A DNA stretch of 58,540 nt, counting the filler, from Sphacelaria rigidula (Eukaryota), in the NCBI GenBank assembly GCA_964200075.2. It is 6 parts of 6 records of this genome, joined end to end, with 100 filler letters (N's around TTAATTAATTAA, not from the genome) between each part and the next. Parts side by side here need not be neighbours in the genome. Positions count along the whole stretch, not along the records: positions 29,322 to 38,994 come from CAXNAA020007988.1; positions 39,095 to 48,767 come from CAXNAA020007989.1; 4 more parts are not named here. One strand, 5' to 3'. The stretch's first letter is position 1; every line of letters starts with the position of its first letter. Positions 35,250 to 47,189 of the stretch are shown here, one piece after another. The translations under genes and the position numbers were made by a program. The notes beneath the pieces are model-generated. The model made no database searches, was not told where the DNA came from, and was given only the letters and a program-made list of their open reading frames with translations.

Positions 35250-36430
35250 CACGATAGCAAAACCTTCCTTGTCAGTGGTTGCCCAACGCATCCGTGAACC
35301 CATGAAATTACCACTCAGAAAAGCCAGCGGTTCATGCATCATGTCTTCAACCGGCAACCGCTGTTGCATTTTTGCATTAGGCACCTGCGTTATAAAACTA
35401 CCCCAATGGCACTCAGATGCATCCGGAAACACAAACACCTGATAATCAGGACGAGAAGGAAACAACGTCACGGCATGAGCCACCAGATCCTTCGCTGCCG
35501 CCCACGCCTGCAGCCTGCCCTCCGTCCACGATGCAGCCTTCTTCGGAAGCCCCATATCTGGACTGGACCACCCCGCCTGCAAATTTCGTATCACCAACCC
35601 GAGCGCCAAAAGAGCCGCCATACACAATGCCAGCCAACTCGACTTCACTGGATCGTACCGCCGCAGCTTTGTCTTCACCGCGGATGCCCCAGGTTTCGGC
35701 TGAACACGAATGGGCTCCACGCGCGCAGGGGGATCATCCCGCAGCGCACGACGAAACGCGTTGACGCGGCAATGCAATTTGCCGCACAGGCGCTCCGCTT
35801 TTGAGAAGCTGAGGCTGTTCGCCCCAGCATCCGTCACGCTCTCCTCCAGCGCGACTTTCCGAGCGGCCTCCTCTTCCGCCGGATCAATAAATATCTCCGG
35901 GCCGCGCTCTACCAAGCGTTCCACTGCCGCATCCCGCTCCTCGGTCACCTGCCCTCCATCCTCCTGAAAAGCATCCACCGACAAGCTCACGCGACGACTG
36001 CCCAAAACGGCGGGCGTCTCCAAGCGTGGACCACGCGGAGACATCCGCGTCTTGATGGAGTCCCACAACCGCCGAGCGTTGACTCCAATATCCTGAACCA
36101 TCGGCAACCCCACAAGAACAACGCCATCCGATCCCGGCGTGATCGCAAACGAGATCGGAGGCAACTGTGCCGGCCCCCAGGAAGTCATCAAAGTCGGCTG
36201 CAGAGGAACAGTACGCTCTGTGACGTAAAGAGGCTGACCCGACGCGGTGACGGCCTGCCGAGCCCCGAGCGAACACGGAGTGCGCAGCGGCACACCCGGG
36301 AGAAGACGCTCCAGCATCTCTACAATCTGCACCGAAAAACTCACATCACCCGTCCAGTGGGTGCCAGAACCCCACTTAGCCTCTATCGCAATGGCTCCCC
36401 GCGCCCGGTGATTCGGGAGATATAACTCTG
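35250..36430 (-). pseudogene. Gypsy protease remnant / RT N-terminus fused to RNase H by an internal deletion
   Basis: WSSPDMGLPKK is directly followed by AASWTEGRLQAW...FPDASECHWG. There is no RT YxDD core. Confidence 0.85.
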
Positions 36431-36694
36431 GACTAATGCCGAGATAGCCCCCCCACAAAAAGTGCACGGCAGACCGTCCGACAAACCGGCTGCGATCCCA
36501 CTATTGGGCTCGTTTGCAGCAATGCCGCCCACATGGAAGGCTTATAGCAGTCCGAAATCAGCTATAACGCCCAAATAAGTCGCGTCGTGGAACACAACGT
36601 GGAACACCAAACCAGCTCTAACGGCATTTATGATCATCACCTCCGTGCACATTTTTGGCCGGTTTGGGGGGGGGGGGCTATCTCGGCAGCAGTC
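36431..36694. mobile_element. MITE family A copy, 4-bp TSD TCTG, inserted in the gag-protease region
   Basis: tctg|GACTAATGCCGAGATAGCCCCCCC...GGGGGGCTATCTCGGCAGCAGTC|tctg. Confidence 0.92.
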
Positions 36695-38333
36695 TCTGCA
36701 GCAAAATATTGGCCTTGATACTCGACCGGCACCTGCTCCGCCGACTGATTGTTCGTGATCCCTACTTGGCGCCACGGCTGCGCGTGCGGCGCCGGCATAG
36801 ACGCCCTCGCTGGGGTCACCGGCACCGCTGGCGGGTACGAACCCCCCCCTGCAGAACCAAATTGCAGCGGTACTCCAGCCGACGCAGTAGCGGATCCAAA
36901 TTTCAGCTGAAATCCGGCCGGCTCAGCAGCAGGCGTCTCGCCTTGCTCTGCTGCCGGCGGCTCCGGCATTGAGCCCGACACTAGAGTGGTCGGTCCGAAA
37001 TGCACCGCCCGTTGCGGAGCAGCAGCCCTTGCGGCTGAGCCGGACCCAGAACCGGACCCCTGCCGACGCCGCTGCCCCTGCTGCTGCTGCTGCTGGGAAC
37101 TCGACTGTGCACCTCCACCGCTGGAGGATCCGCCTCCGCCACCACCCCGATTACCGTTTCCTCCTTTGTGATTGCGAGGGCGCGCGGCACCCGTCTACCC
37201 AGACTCCCCTCAGTAGGCGTTGGGCACTTCCGTGCGATGTGTCCTACCTGGCCACGCTGATAGCAAGTAATATCGGCGGCGGCACTGCCTGCGCATTTTG
37301 ATCCTCGGTTACGCAAGCTCGAAGATTACGGCGACGAAGTGGATGATTTTCCGAATACTTCGACCCTCCGCCATGCCTGAGCTTCAGCCACCACGGTATC
37401 CAGAACTAAATACGGGTCTGACTTCCAGTTTGTTTCGTGCTGTAACTGCACAAGCGCGGCCTACTTAAACTCCGTCGGTGCCAGACCCTCCACCATCGCT
37501 TTCGTGACCACCGCAGCAGGCCCTGGGCGGAATTTCCCATCGGAGGAACGATAAACTATCTCGACGTTGGGATTTTCCGAAAAATACGTCTCCAACTTAC
37601 CCATTATGGGCTCCACCCTCTCACGCATGGTCCTCTCCTTGTGGTTCATTGCGACAGCCCTCGCCACGGCCGCGGACGCCTGTGTAAGCTCTACCTCCGC
37701 GCCTGCCGCATGCCCTGCGTGCTTCTTCATCGCTGCGGCCAACTGCAGCGGCGTTATGGTATGCTTTTCATGGAATCTTCTCGCGAAGACACGTTGGAGG
37801 GGGGGAAGCACGAGTTACGCCATAGAAACCACCTGATGCCTTACCGCACCCCCCGCATTCGCATGCTCCACCTTCTTCTTGTATTCCACGTATTTCGTGT
37901 GGAACGAACGAGAAGCACCCTCAGAATACAAATTCCTGTAATTGGGCGGCCGCAATTCTTCCCTTAGGACGACTGGGGTTACAGTCGCCTCCGCTGACTC
38001 TATTGCCGGTACCTCGGTAGTCGACATTCTCGAGCGAAAAATCGAAGACCTCTGAACCTTCTCAAACTTACAATTCACACCTGCCTTTTTCGCCGCTCCA
38101 CACAGCCCTGGGGTCCTATAAACACCCGCTGCACGCAGCTCCAGCAAGTCTCCAGTCTGGATCAATCACGGGCCAGCCGCCTGTGCAGCTACCTCAGCTT
38201 GAAACCTCCTCACGCGTCCGTGAAGCTATATGCCCGAAGCTCTCACAAGCTATCCAGACTCCTACCTACTGAAAAAATTCCAGCAGTCTCCTAACGATAG
38301 CACAACTAGCACGACCAGCACCAATATCGATAT

Positions 38334-38581
38334 TGTGACGCCAGCACGTTGCTAGTACTGCAGCGTCTAAATGCTGTTGAGGGACTCCCCAGTTCCACTG
38401 GCCTCAAGGTCTCAGTTGTCAGCCTTCACAGCACGTCATCATTCCCGCAGTAAACAGCTGCAGCCCCGTACCGTCAGGCCTGGGCTACACAGCAAGGGTC
38501 ATCATCCACAGGGCGCCCTTGTCCCCTGGTCATCATCCAGGATCCACTATATACTCAACGTGACGGCGTGACTTCGTCACA
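38334..38581 (-). repeat. 5' LTR with a downstream PBS-like TGGTGCTGGTCGTG (38310-38323)
   Basis: TGTGACG...CGTCACA. The minus strand reads atatcgatat-TGGTGCTGGTCGTG, complementary to a tRNA 3' end ...ACCAGCACCA. Confidence 0.88.
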
Positions 38582-39899
38582 AATCCCATAAAATAACGTT
38601 TTCGTGAGATTGAAAGTAGTAGAGCGCTGATTGAAAGTGGTTTTGGTCATTTGCTTTGACCTGGCCATTATTTCATTCCGTGTGTGATCTTCTTTGCCTC
38701 TATCACTAGCGTGTGCTTACAGCTACACGTCGATATCTTACTCGGGGATATCAAGGACCTCAGTGGCAAGCTACTACAAAAAGCATAAAGGGCCTAGTGG
38801 AGGGGCATTTCGAAACTGAAACGATTCAGTCACTAGTTGACCACTTTTCACTCTCAATCGTGTCATTTATTGTCAATCTTACGAAAACATTGTTATAAAT
38901 GTATTCGAGTCATCCTACGATAGGGGGGGGTGTACTCATGATCATGCATGCCATAGTCATAAGACCATTGACCTCCCATCCCTACAAAGCCGGGNNNNNN
39001 NNNNNNNNNNNNNNNNNNNNNNNNNNNNNNNNNNNNNNTTAATTAATTAANNNNNNNNNNNNNNNNNNNNNNNNNNNNNNNNNNNNNNNNNNNNTACCCC
39101 CCCCCCCCCCCCTCTTGTTCCTTTTCCGCGGTTTTGTAAACTTCTTGAGGGTAACGTTCATTTTCACATGAAATAGACCTTCCCTTTAACCAATGTTTTA
39201 TGTTGAATATGTGCCTTTCAACGTTCAATACCAGTAAGATATCCCTGGGATTGCAACGACTAGCGTCGATCGCTCACGTCTTATTTTGCGCCGTGATTTT
39301 TTCGTTCGTGACGAAGCCGAGGCAACAGCGGCGTTTTACTGATAATGGTACTACGCTTGTCGTGCTAACCCTTGCTTGTACTGGATACATCGCTCAACAG
39401 TACCACTGAAGATACCCAGCTTGTGTTCTATAGGGTATATCGGCTGAAATTATTCATAGCGTATTCACAGAAGTAAAAGGGAGGTATTTTATCGGTTAAT
39501 TCCCTTCCGAATCATACCAGACTGTTCGGAACAAGGCTCGATACCCTGCTGGACCATACCGGAATGTTCGATACATATTTCGGTATGGTTTAGTAAACCA
39601 ACCAAAAATACCCCACGTACGGGTATACCCTATTGAACAGAACACAACCTTGGAATGTTCCGTCTTCGAATATCTCGTTTTATACAAGATAGTAGCCGGG
39701 AGTTGATTTTGGACCGACAGTGTAGTGTGAAATACAATGGTGCACCGTATCTCTGCTATATACACATGCTCACGTTGCACCTGTAGGTATGCCCCAGCTC
39801 CAAACTGCGCGATAGGTTACAAGTGGTCATTGGTCGACGGCTTACCTGCAATCATCACGTACAGTCGTTGATTGTGCAATGACAGGTCTAGGAGCCTTC

Positions 39900-42800
39900 C
39901 TACACGCCTGTCCAAGGTCCTCCCACGTCCACTAGTCCTTTCTGGCGCGATAACCAGCCGTTTGAGCCCGTCGTGGGCCATGATTGAGGATACTCAACAC
40001 GATCTCATGCCTACAGTGGCAAGTATTTGGTATGTGTAGTCATTGTTACGCGTACTAAGGCAAGCCTTGGTTGTACTGAGCCTATCTCACGCATACAGAG
40101 GCAAGTGCTGGGGCATATTCAGGCAATCTTTCGCCAACCATGGCAAGTTTTGCGGTCAACAAGGCGCGTCTCAGACAGCCGAGAAAAGTAGACTTGACTC
40201 TCAGAAAGCGAGAGTAGATCATGTGTGAAATCGGCATCAATTTCACTTGGAGAGAGTATGCCTGATCCAGATAGACTACCCTCGCGGTCTAAGGGTCAAG
40301 GAACGAACACAACAACTGAAGTAACGACTCAAACAACCTTCGAGCTGTGAAGAAGTTACGGCACAATTTACATTCCTTGTTGGTGTGTTGTGGATAACCC
40401 TTTACCGGTGAATCCGTCTACCACGCAGTGCTCTTCCGCTCATTCACCAGGCGAAAACACGTGATACCTAGTCAATTCAAAAACTCGGTCATCATAATCA
40501 GTAAGGTCCGTGCAGCCTATATAGGATTACAATTTCTTAGGAAGGCACCAGCCGTAAAGTAGTTCATTGGACAAAAGAAGTGCGATTGTCAAGTCCAAGA
40601 ACGGCGACGTGTGTATGTCCTAATTGGCCTTAAAAGGGGGCCATCGACCCCAGCTTTGCTACCCCTCACCACTTCATAAACTCAATGGATATTGGAGAAG
40701 AAGTAGGTATGAATACCATCCCTTGGGAAATGGAGAGTGGCGTCGAGATATTGACATGTCTTTACTGATCGAGTATGTCCGCACTTACTTATATGGTCAT
40801 GTAACGGGTATGCTGGATGCAGGTATGTACAAAAGATATCGGGTGCTGTTAGATTGGATGATGACGTAGTAATGGAAGATTGGAATATATCATCTCGATG
40901 ATCGCGGGAAATAGCGACATTCGGTAACTCCGGGAGTTGCTTCGTCCCGAACTTGACGTATGCTGTCGGTGATGTATGCTGTAGAAGGCACGCGCCCCCG
41001 CTATGAAGGTCACGTCTTTTGTTTTACTGTTTGCTTTCCCTCAGGGACCCGGTGAATATTCGGATATAGTATTACGTTCTGTTTATGATTTGATCTACCT
41101 GTCGGCTTGGCTAGGCTGTCTACATTCCCTTCATGCACGAGGTCTCTGTTTATGCTAGCGTGACCTTTTTACGAATATCAACAGAGAAACTGCCACGCAC
41201 AAGCCGCCGCGCCCCGGTTGCCTCATGGTTCAACTAGCATCATTAGGGCGGAAGAAGCGCGGTTTTGATTGCCACCAGGTGCGTCCAGCTTGGTTTTTTT
41301 TCTCAAAAGTATTCGACTTCCATCGTTGAAAGCGTGGGGACGTACGCGAGTAGCAGCAAAAAAGAGTGTATTTGTTTGACTGAATTCGTTAGACGACAGT
41401 CGGCGCGGTGCGGGAGCGCTCATCAAACCCGCGATGTCAAAATGTGAGGCGTGTACCAGGGAAGAGATGGGTAGATCTCTTGAGATCATAGACTCGTCCC
41501 GAGGAAGAGGGGGATCTAGAAGTGAGAGAGAAAAAGAAATGACAATGTCGCCTTAAACACAGCGTACTTTGAACAACACTTTTGAGATATGTGGACTGCC
41601 AATGATGTAGCCAACAAGGCCTTGCCTACGATCAATCGTTCTACATTGCTAACGTGCCATCGGAACGTGATTCTCGCGCGTCTCGTATCGCGAGAACCAA
41701 CTCTACGCTTGACGAGGTCATGCCTAAGCAAATCTCGACTGATGCAGGGTTTTCACAATGGGAAATAGACCGCGCGCGTACGCACACACACACACACACA
41801 CACACACATGCACACATCGTACCCCCTTCGATTCCGGCCAAAATGCAGGTATTTTTGTGCGAACACTGTCCATGCCTTGATGAAGTGACTCCCTAACGCT
41901 GTACTCCAGTGATTGCGATGCTCATATCATACGTGTTGAAGATGCGACGATTGGGCTGGCGGCGTTTTTGCGCACCGTATATAGAGTTTTCAAGGCTCTG
42001 TGGCCCTAGCAGGCTAGAGTTCGAACCTTAGGTGTTCCGGTTAACCCTGCTTTGTCGACACGAAGGTGCGATGAAGTTACGTGTGCTTCTGTTAGGTGTG
42101 CTTCATTCTCCCGTGAAGTTGTTTGGGTAGGCGTTATTCACCCCGAGCGGGAAAACCAATTTTGCGAGCAACAGCTAGCGGCGCTAATTTGTTGTCGCCA
42201 AAGGAAGCGAGACTGTTTCAAGTACGGAGATCACTTTGAAAGGACGATTAAAAGTAATAGAAATAGAGCCGTCGATACACTACTCGTCACATTGCCGTCC
42301 GCCCCTCGCGCTGTTCATGTTTCTACCTCGCGGTATATGCTTCCCTGCTCCATATTGCTCACCAACTCAAGTAGTTCTTTTTACCTCACACGAAGGTCAA
42401 GTAAATTATCCGGTCGTACACTGAAATCGAGTGATTTGCTGCCACCACAGTGAGCTCAGGCACTTGGCCAACCCCCCCTGCCAACCCGAGCCCCCCTCCC
42501 TTCGAAATCGAATTCAGACACTCGGGGGAGGGGGTGCTTTTCGCTCAAATCTTCCCATATAAACTCCTTCCGTATGTTGAACTTGCAATTAAGTATGAGT
42601 ATACCCAGTTCCTTATCCGCCAGATACCCGGTACAAGCAGAAACACAGAGGATGCCGTTCTCAAACCCGAACTGTCTTTCGGTCACGGAACTAAAACTTT
42701 CAATATCCTCATGCACGGTTGGCCCGTCAGAATCCTTGCCACTTTACCGCCATTCTGGCATTCAACTGCGCGACCAGGACCAGTCATCCGACCTCTGCGG

Positions 42801-43074
42801 TTTTGCCCAGGGAGTTCAAGCCCCACTTCGAACACCTTGATGCTTGCGATATACCGAAATCCTCGTGGGCGTTCGACTCGACATATCATATCGCAGCCAT
42901 CGCTGTGTGGGTCTAACGGCTTTACTGTCGTTGGTGGGTTGTTTGCAAGATTTTTTTCGGGTGGAACTGGCTCCGGCCTTGACCACGATTTATTCCGTCA
43001 GCCTTGCTGCGGCCGGCGCTATGGCCACGTTCCCGGCTGTGTAAAGGAGCACCGGTAGTGGGAGCCTCTCGTTG

Positions 43075-43122
<48 letters not shown>

Positions 43123-44450
43123 GGTGGCTTGGTAGATGAGATTCTGCAAGTCGTCCGAGAGCTGAGAAACAAGCTCCGACAGGTTGGCTATTTCCTCGTA
43201 CATTGCCTCGGTCACCTGTGACAATCACGGGAAAAGATTTCAATCTTCTGTACCTACGCAGTGCTTCTCGATCCTCTGTAGCTACAGAGACTTCTCGTGC
43301 GCTGCGTGTGTGTCATGGCGCGCACCCACTCCAGCAGCCGGTTGGACGCTTTTGACACATCAAATAGTCCAAATCTCTCCCATGATAGTCGTATTCGCGA
43401 AGGATACCCCTACCTTGTCCCCGGCCGAATTTTCGATATCTTCAGCTTCCACTGGCTCGGACACCTCGTATCTCCTCGTTACCTTGCTTGTCTCACTTCC
43501 TTCGTCATCGCTCATCTGGGACAGTACAACGAGAGACAAGAGAGGGAGTCGACAAACACATGCAAAATCAGTGTTCTAAACCAAAACCAAGCAATCTTCG
43601 TTCAGATTCAACATCTGCGATGAATGTTCTACCACGGCTGCACAAAAACTACATTCGTCGTACCGATCCGTCCAACTTTCGGGGCGCGCCCGGTGCTGTG
43701 CTTCTGGGCATTTCCGCCAACATATTCTACAAACGGCTTTAGAGAGTTGCCAAAACAATTGTGTCGTGTATACAGCGAAAGGATGTTGACATCTCAACAT
43801 AAGTCCGAGACTGTAACCTCAGAAAAAATGGCAGGAACAAAAGCTCAGAAAAGTGCTAGACACGCGCCCATAGTTCGCTTTGTGTACGGTCTACGCCTCA
43901 TTTCAGCCAAGCCTTCGTTACGACGGCCGTAACAGTAACAGTACCACGAAATACAGGCAAAGGAGGTGGCGTCTGAGGAAAATGCCGGGCGCGCTTTGCC
44001 CTAACCACAAACTCTAGATGAGTGTACGGGAGCAAGACTAGTATTGCAACCCCTTCGAAGACCCTGAATCGGGATGCGGGAGGACATTTCGGAAATAGGT
44101 TTTCTTTGACAGCTTCAGTGCTACTGATAAAGATCGATTTGAGCCAATGCATGGATACTCGGCGAACCTCCGCAGCAACACACCCTGCCGTCGTGGTCAG
44201 TAGCAACATAGTTCCCGATATCACCGTGTTTGAACACTTTCCTCACTCCAGTCCATTCATTCTTGAAGGGATGTATGTGCAGTACACTCGTTTCCACACC
44301 TGCAGTTCCTGGTCAAGATCCGGAACCTGGTCGTCTCTCTGTTCCCACTCTACTGTCTTATCCGCGGTCAGCTCCAGCACAAAACCCTCCGCCAGTGGTA
44401 GCGGCACAACCGTCAGGGGTACCACGGCGTAACGACCTAAAAATGGAGGA
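39900..44450 (-). mobile_element. Highly degenerate non-LTR retrotransposon (candidate ORF1 / APE / RT remnants)
   Basis: Minus-strand remnants occur in LINE order: RGFRYIAS...NGGKVARIL (APE-like, ~42700-42890), IRKK, TAYVKF, ISQGMVF and SWVDG (RT-like, ~41180-40640). There are many stops and frameshifts, and each motif match is weak. Confidence 0.4.
43072..43120 (+). repeat. (CTG)n microsatellite
   Basis: ctgctgctg... run. Confidence 0.95.
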
Positions 44451-45912
44451 TTTTGCCGCGTGAAAAATATCAGAGACGGAGGGGAGCGCCGGCGTAGCGG
44501 GAATGAGGATGGGGAAGGAGGGACTGTATCGTACCTACCCCTGATCCTATAAAGGGGGGGCTGCACTCCTTACAGCGATTGCAGCTAGGCACACTCCCTC
44601 AGTTTAGCATACTAGAACCGTATTGGGTGGGTCGAGACTATTTTCCTCGCCATCCCCCCCCCATCGCCATGTGACTACGGCATGCCAGATCAGGAACCCA
44701 CACCCCCCGTCCCTCATGGTTTCTTGCTGTGTATTCGTCGCATGTGAGTGTGTTCATATCCCTTGTGCATGTATATACATATCCTTGTCACTAGTAAACG
44801 TGCATCTTTAGACCTCTATATGCATATCCCATGTCACTAGTATATCTCACCAGAGTCTAAGGTGTGCTCTCCTGCCACTTGACCGCCCAGCATAAAGGTG
44901 CTGGATCGAGCCGCGACTTTTCGAGGATGGAACTTCGTCACACGAGGTTTGGTTCCCATCTACGCAAGTCGTCGCGAGCAAAGGCCGTCGTGGAGCAGGA
45001 AGGACGCCAGGCGCAAGCTTTACGCGAGATGACTACCGCCGTTGACGTTTGAAGATACGACTACTCTCGTTTCAAGCTTGCTAGACACGCTGCTCAAATT
45101 AGAAGGGAGGACTGACATCGTGGCGATAAGCGTACCATTTAGTGTTTTATTGTGTAAATGAAGTTGCGTTTGTGTTGTCTCCTCCAACATAGGTAGTGAA
45201 TGAAATGTAACGTAAATGCAACCTTTTCTTGTAGATTGAACGTTTGATGTGACGGGTCGCAGCGATGCTAGCCCATGGAGGTGTGGGAAGGAATAACCCT
45301 GGCAACTTTACTCCATGATTTTTTGCTCTCTTTTTCTTCGCCTCACGTGTTTTTTTTCTACGTGTGTAGAAGAGCCCTTTCTCGTTGAATTTTTGAGTTG
45401 CTCGGCGCAATTGCACTGTGCCGAGGTGAAGTTGATTCAACTGCAAAAGGACTCGTCTAAGGTGGGCTAGTGTGATGAGGCTCAGAGGCGTTGCAAGATA
45501 TTAGGATGTGTGAATCTGCTCGTAGACCCTGGGTTCCGTGACGCGTTGTATCGCGTTTGTCATGGTCAATATTGTGGCGAGATCATTGGGCATAGCTTGA
45601 AGCCACCCCCACACCTTGTCACTTGTTGGCTTGCCTGGCTCGCCTTCCTGGCTGCTCCTGCTACTCTGGCACTAACGCGAGCTCTGCTCCTATGGCTGCG
45701 CCCCGGCTATACTGAGCTAGAGAGCTACTATGAGGCATAATATATGCTATCAATATGTGAGTATCTTGTCCTTCCAGCAGTTATACATAAGAACTCACTG
45801 CGTGATTGCATGATAGATGAGCTAAGGTCTGTACGGTGTGCCCTTGTAGGAGCTTGGTTTGGCTGGAACCATGGTATCCCCTAGTATATTGTACTGAAAG
45901 ACCCCAGCGAAA

Positions 45913-46323
45913 TTGTTAGATATACAGCATATCCACTGAGCTAACAGTCAGCGCTGACTGTTAGCTCAGTGGATATGTTGTATATCTAACAAAAGTACAA
46001 GCGGGGTCCGGCAGCTGGTTAGACTGTCGGACTCCGGTTCCCACCCGAGGATTGTAAACCCTCTAATCAGCGCTGCCCCAAGCGGTTCGTCGGCTTACAG
46101 GCGGGAATATGTGTCTTCATCTTGCCGACTGGTGATGTATACCATGCCCTTCAGGTGTGTATCCCAGATTTTTTTCGGATTGTTTATTCTGCAAAAAAAG
46201 GCGTCAAGATGGTCCTCCAAGGAATCAAACCCCGGTTGTACTTTTGTTAGATAAACAACATATCCACTGAGCTTAACAGTCAGCGCTGACTGATAGCTCA
46301 GTGGATATGTTGTACATCTAACA
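45913..46323. repeat. Two ~80-bp palindromes of tRNA-like heads (45913-45992, 46245-46323) bracketing a ~250-bp spacer
   Basis: The first has 40-bp arms with one mismatch, centred on AGCGCT. Arms carry the A-box TAGCTCAGTGG. The inner arm of the second runs to a B-box-like GGTTTGATTCC (46221-46231, minus). Confidence 0.9.
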
Positions 46324-47070
46324 CGAAAGCGTTAGCTTACTCCATCTATATCACAACAAACCATATTCACCTCTGAAAAGCGTTGCTTGATGTCAAGAAC
46401 ATATGATTCGAACGTGAGATTTCTCAACATCGAGTTTCCGCTATGTGGTCAGGGATCTCTGATATATTTCGTAGGCTGCCATATCTCCGTGTGTAGTACC
46501 AGGTTTTGCCCGTGGAATAGGCTCAGGGAGGCGGGGCGCAAATATAGCAAGCGTGAGAACAATGCCAGGGAGAGGTACATGAAGGCCAAAAGATCGAGCC
46601 CACAGAATGAGAATCAAAGGGAGGGCTGGCCGTACATCAAAACCTCGAACGCAAGCATAACTTCAGGAGCACGCGGCGTTGATCCGCAGCAACTTTCCTT
46701 TCGTACTAGTGAAAAACTCTACCATTGACGCAATGAACTTCTTACTTTATTCAACGACATCCCTCTGAGAAAATAATATATCGCCGCCGCATGAAATAGG
46801 TGAAGCTGTGCAGGAGACTTCGATATACGACAGCTTATACACATGGACCAATCAGAAACTGAGGGCAGCTTTTGCACCTCCCTGTTCAAGAAGCGGGTAA
46901 TGTAGCCTTTGATGATAGTGAGCACTCACTGATTGAGAAATCAAATCTCCACTTCATGAGCTAAATATATGGTGCGTGGTCCATCCCATCATGACACATC
47001 AGTGCTGTCCGCAGAGCCGAGCTCTTCCGCAAGCCTATCCATTCAAGATCCAAGTTCCTCTTCTAATCGA

Positions 47071-47158
47071 TCATGTCGGGAATCGAACCTCGTATTTCAC
47101 GTCAAAAGGTGAACACTAGACCTTCGGACCAGTGAGCGCTCACTGGTTCAAAGGTCTA
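47071..47158 (-). other. tRNA-derived (SINE-like) sequence with its 5' end doubled into an AGCGCT-centred palindrome
   Basis: The minus strand reads GCTCACTGGTCCGAAGGTCTAGTG-TTCAC-CTTTTGAC-GTGAA-ATACGA-GGTTCGATTCC. The palindrome 47117-47158 has 21-bp arms with two mismatches. Confidence 0.7.
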
Positions 47159-47189
47159 ATATCCGCTTCTTGAACACCCCCCAACACCC

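Larger units (their letters stand above)
32608..38581 (-). mobile_element. Decayed Ty3/Gypsy chromodomain LTR retrotransposon (non-autonomous)
   Basis: LTRs TGTGACG...CGTCACA. Gag 37461-38165 with a degenerate zinc knuckle CYQRGQVGHIARKC, then the RT N-terminus and RNase H (FPDASECHWG, EPLAFLSG, KEGFAIV), integrase (HMRDAGHRG, CLHC, YFDF, NGTCERMVK) and a chromodomain. A PPT-like GGGGGTGC precedes the 3' LTR. Flanks AGTC/AATC. Confidence 0.95.

Noticed and set aside
45953..46010. Functional tRNA genes in the palindromes (also 47071-47140)
   Set aside because: No proper acceptor stem, and the anticodon loops are the wrong size; tRNA-derived at best.
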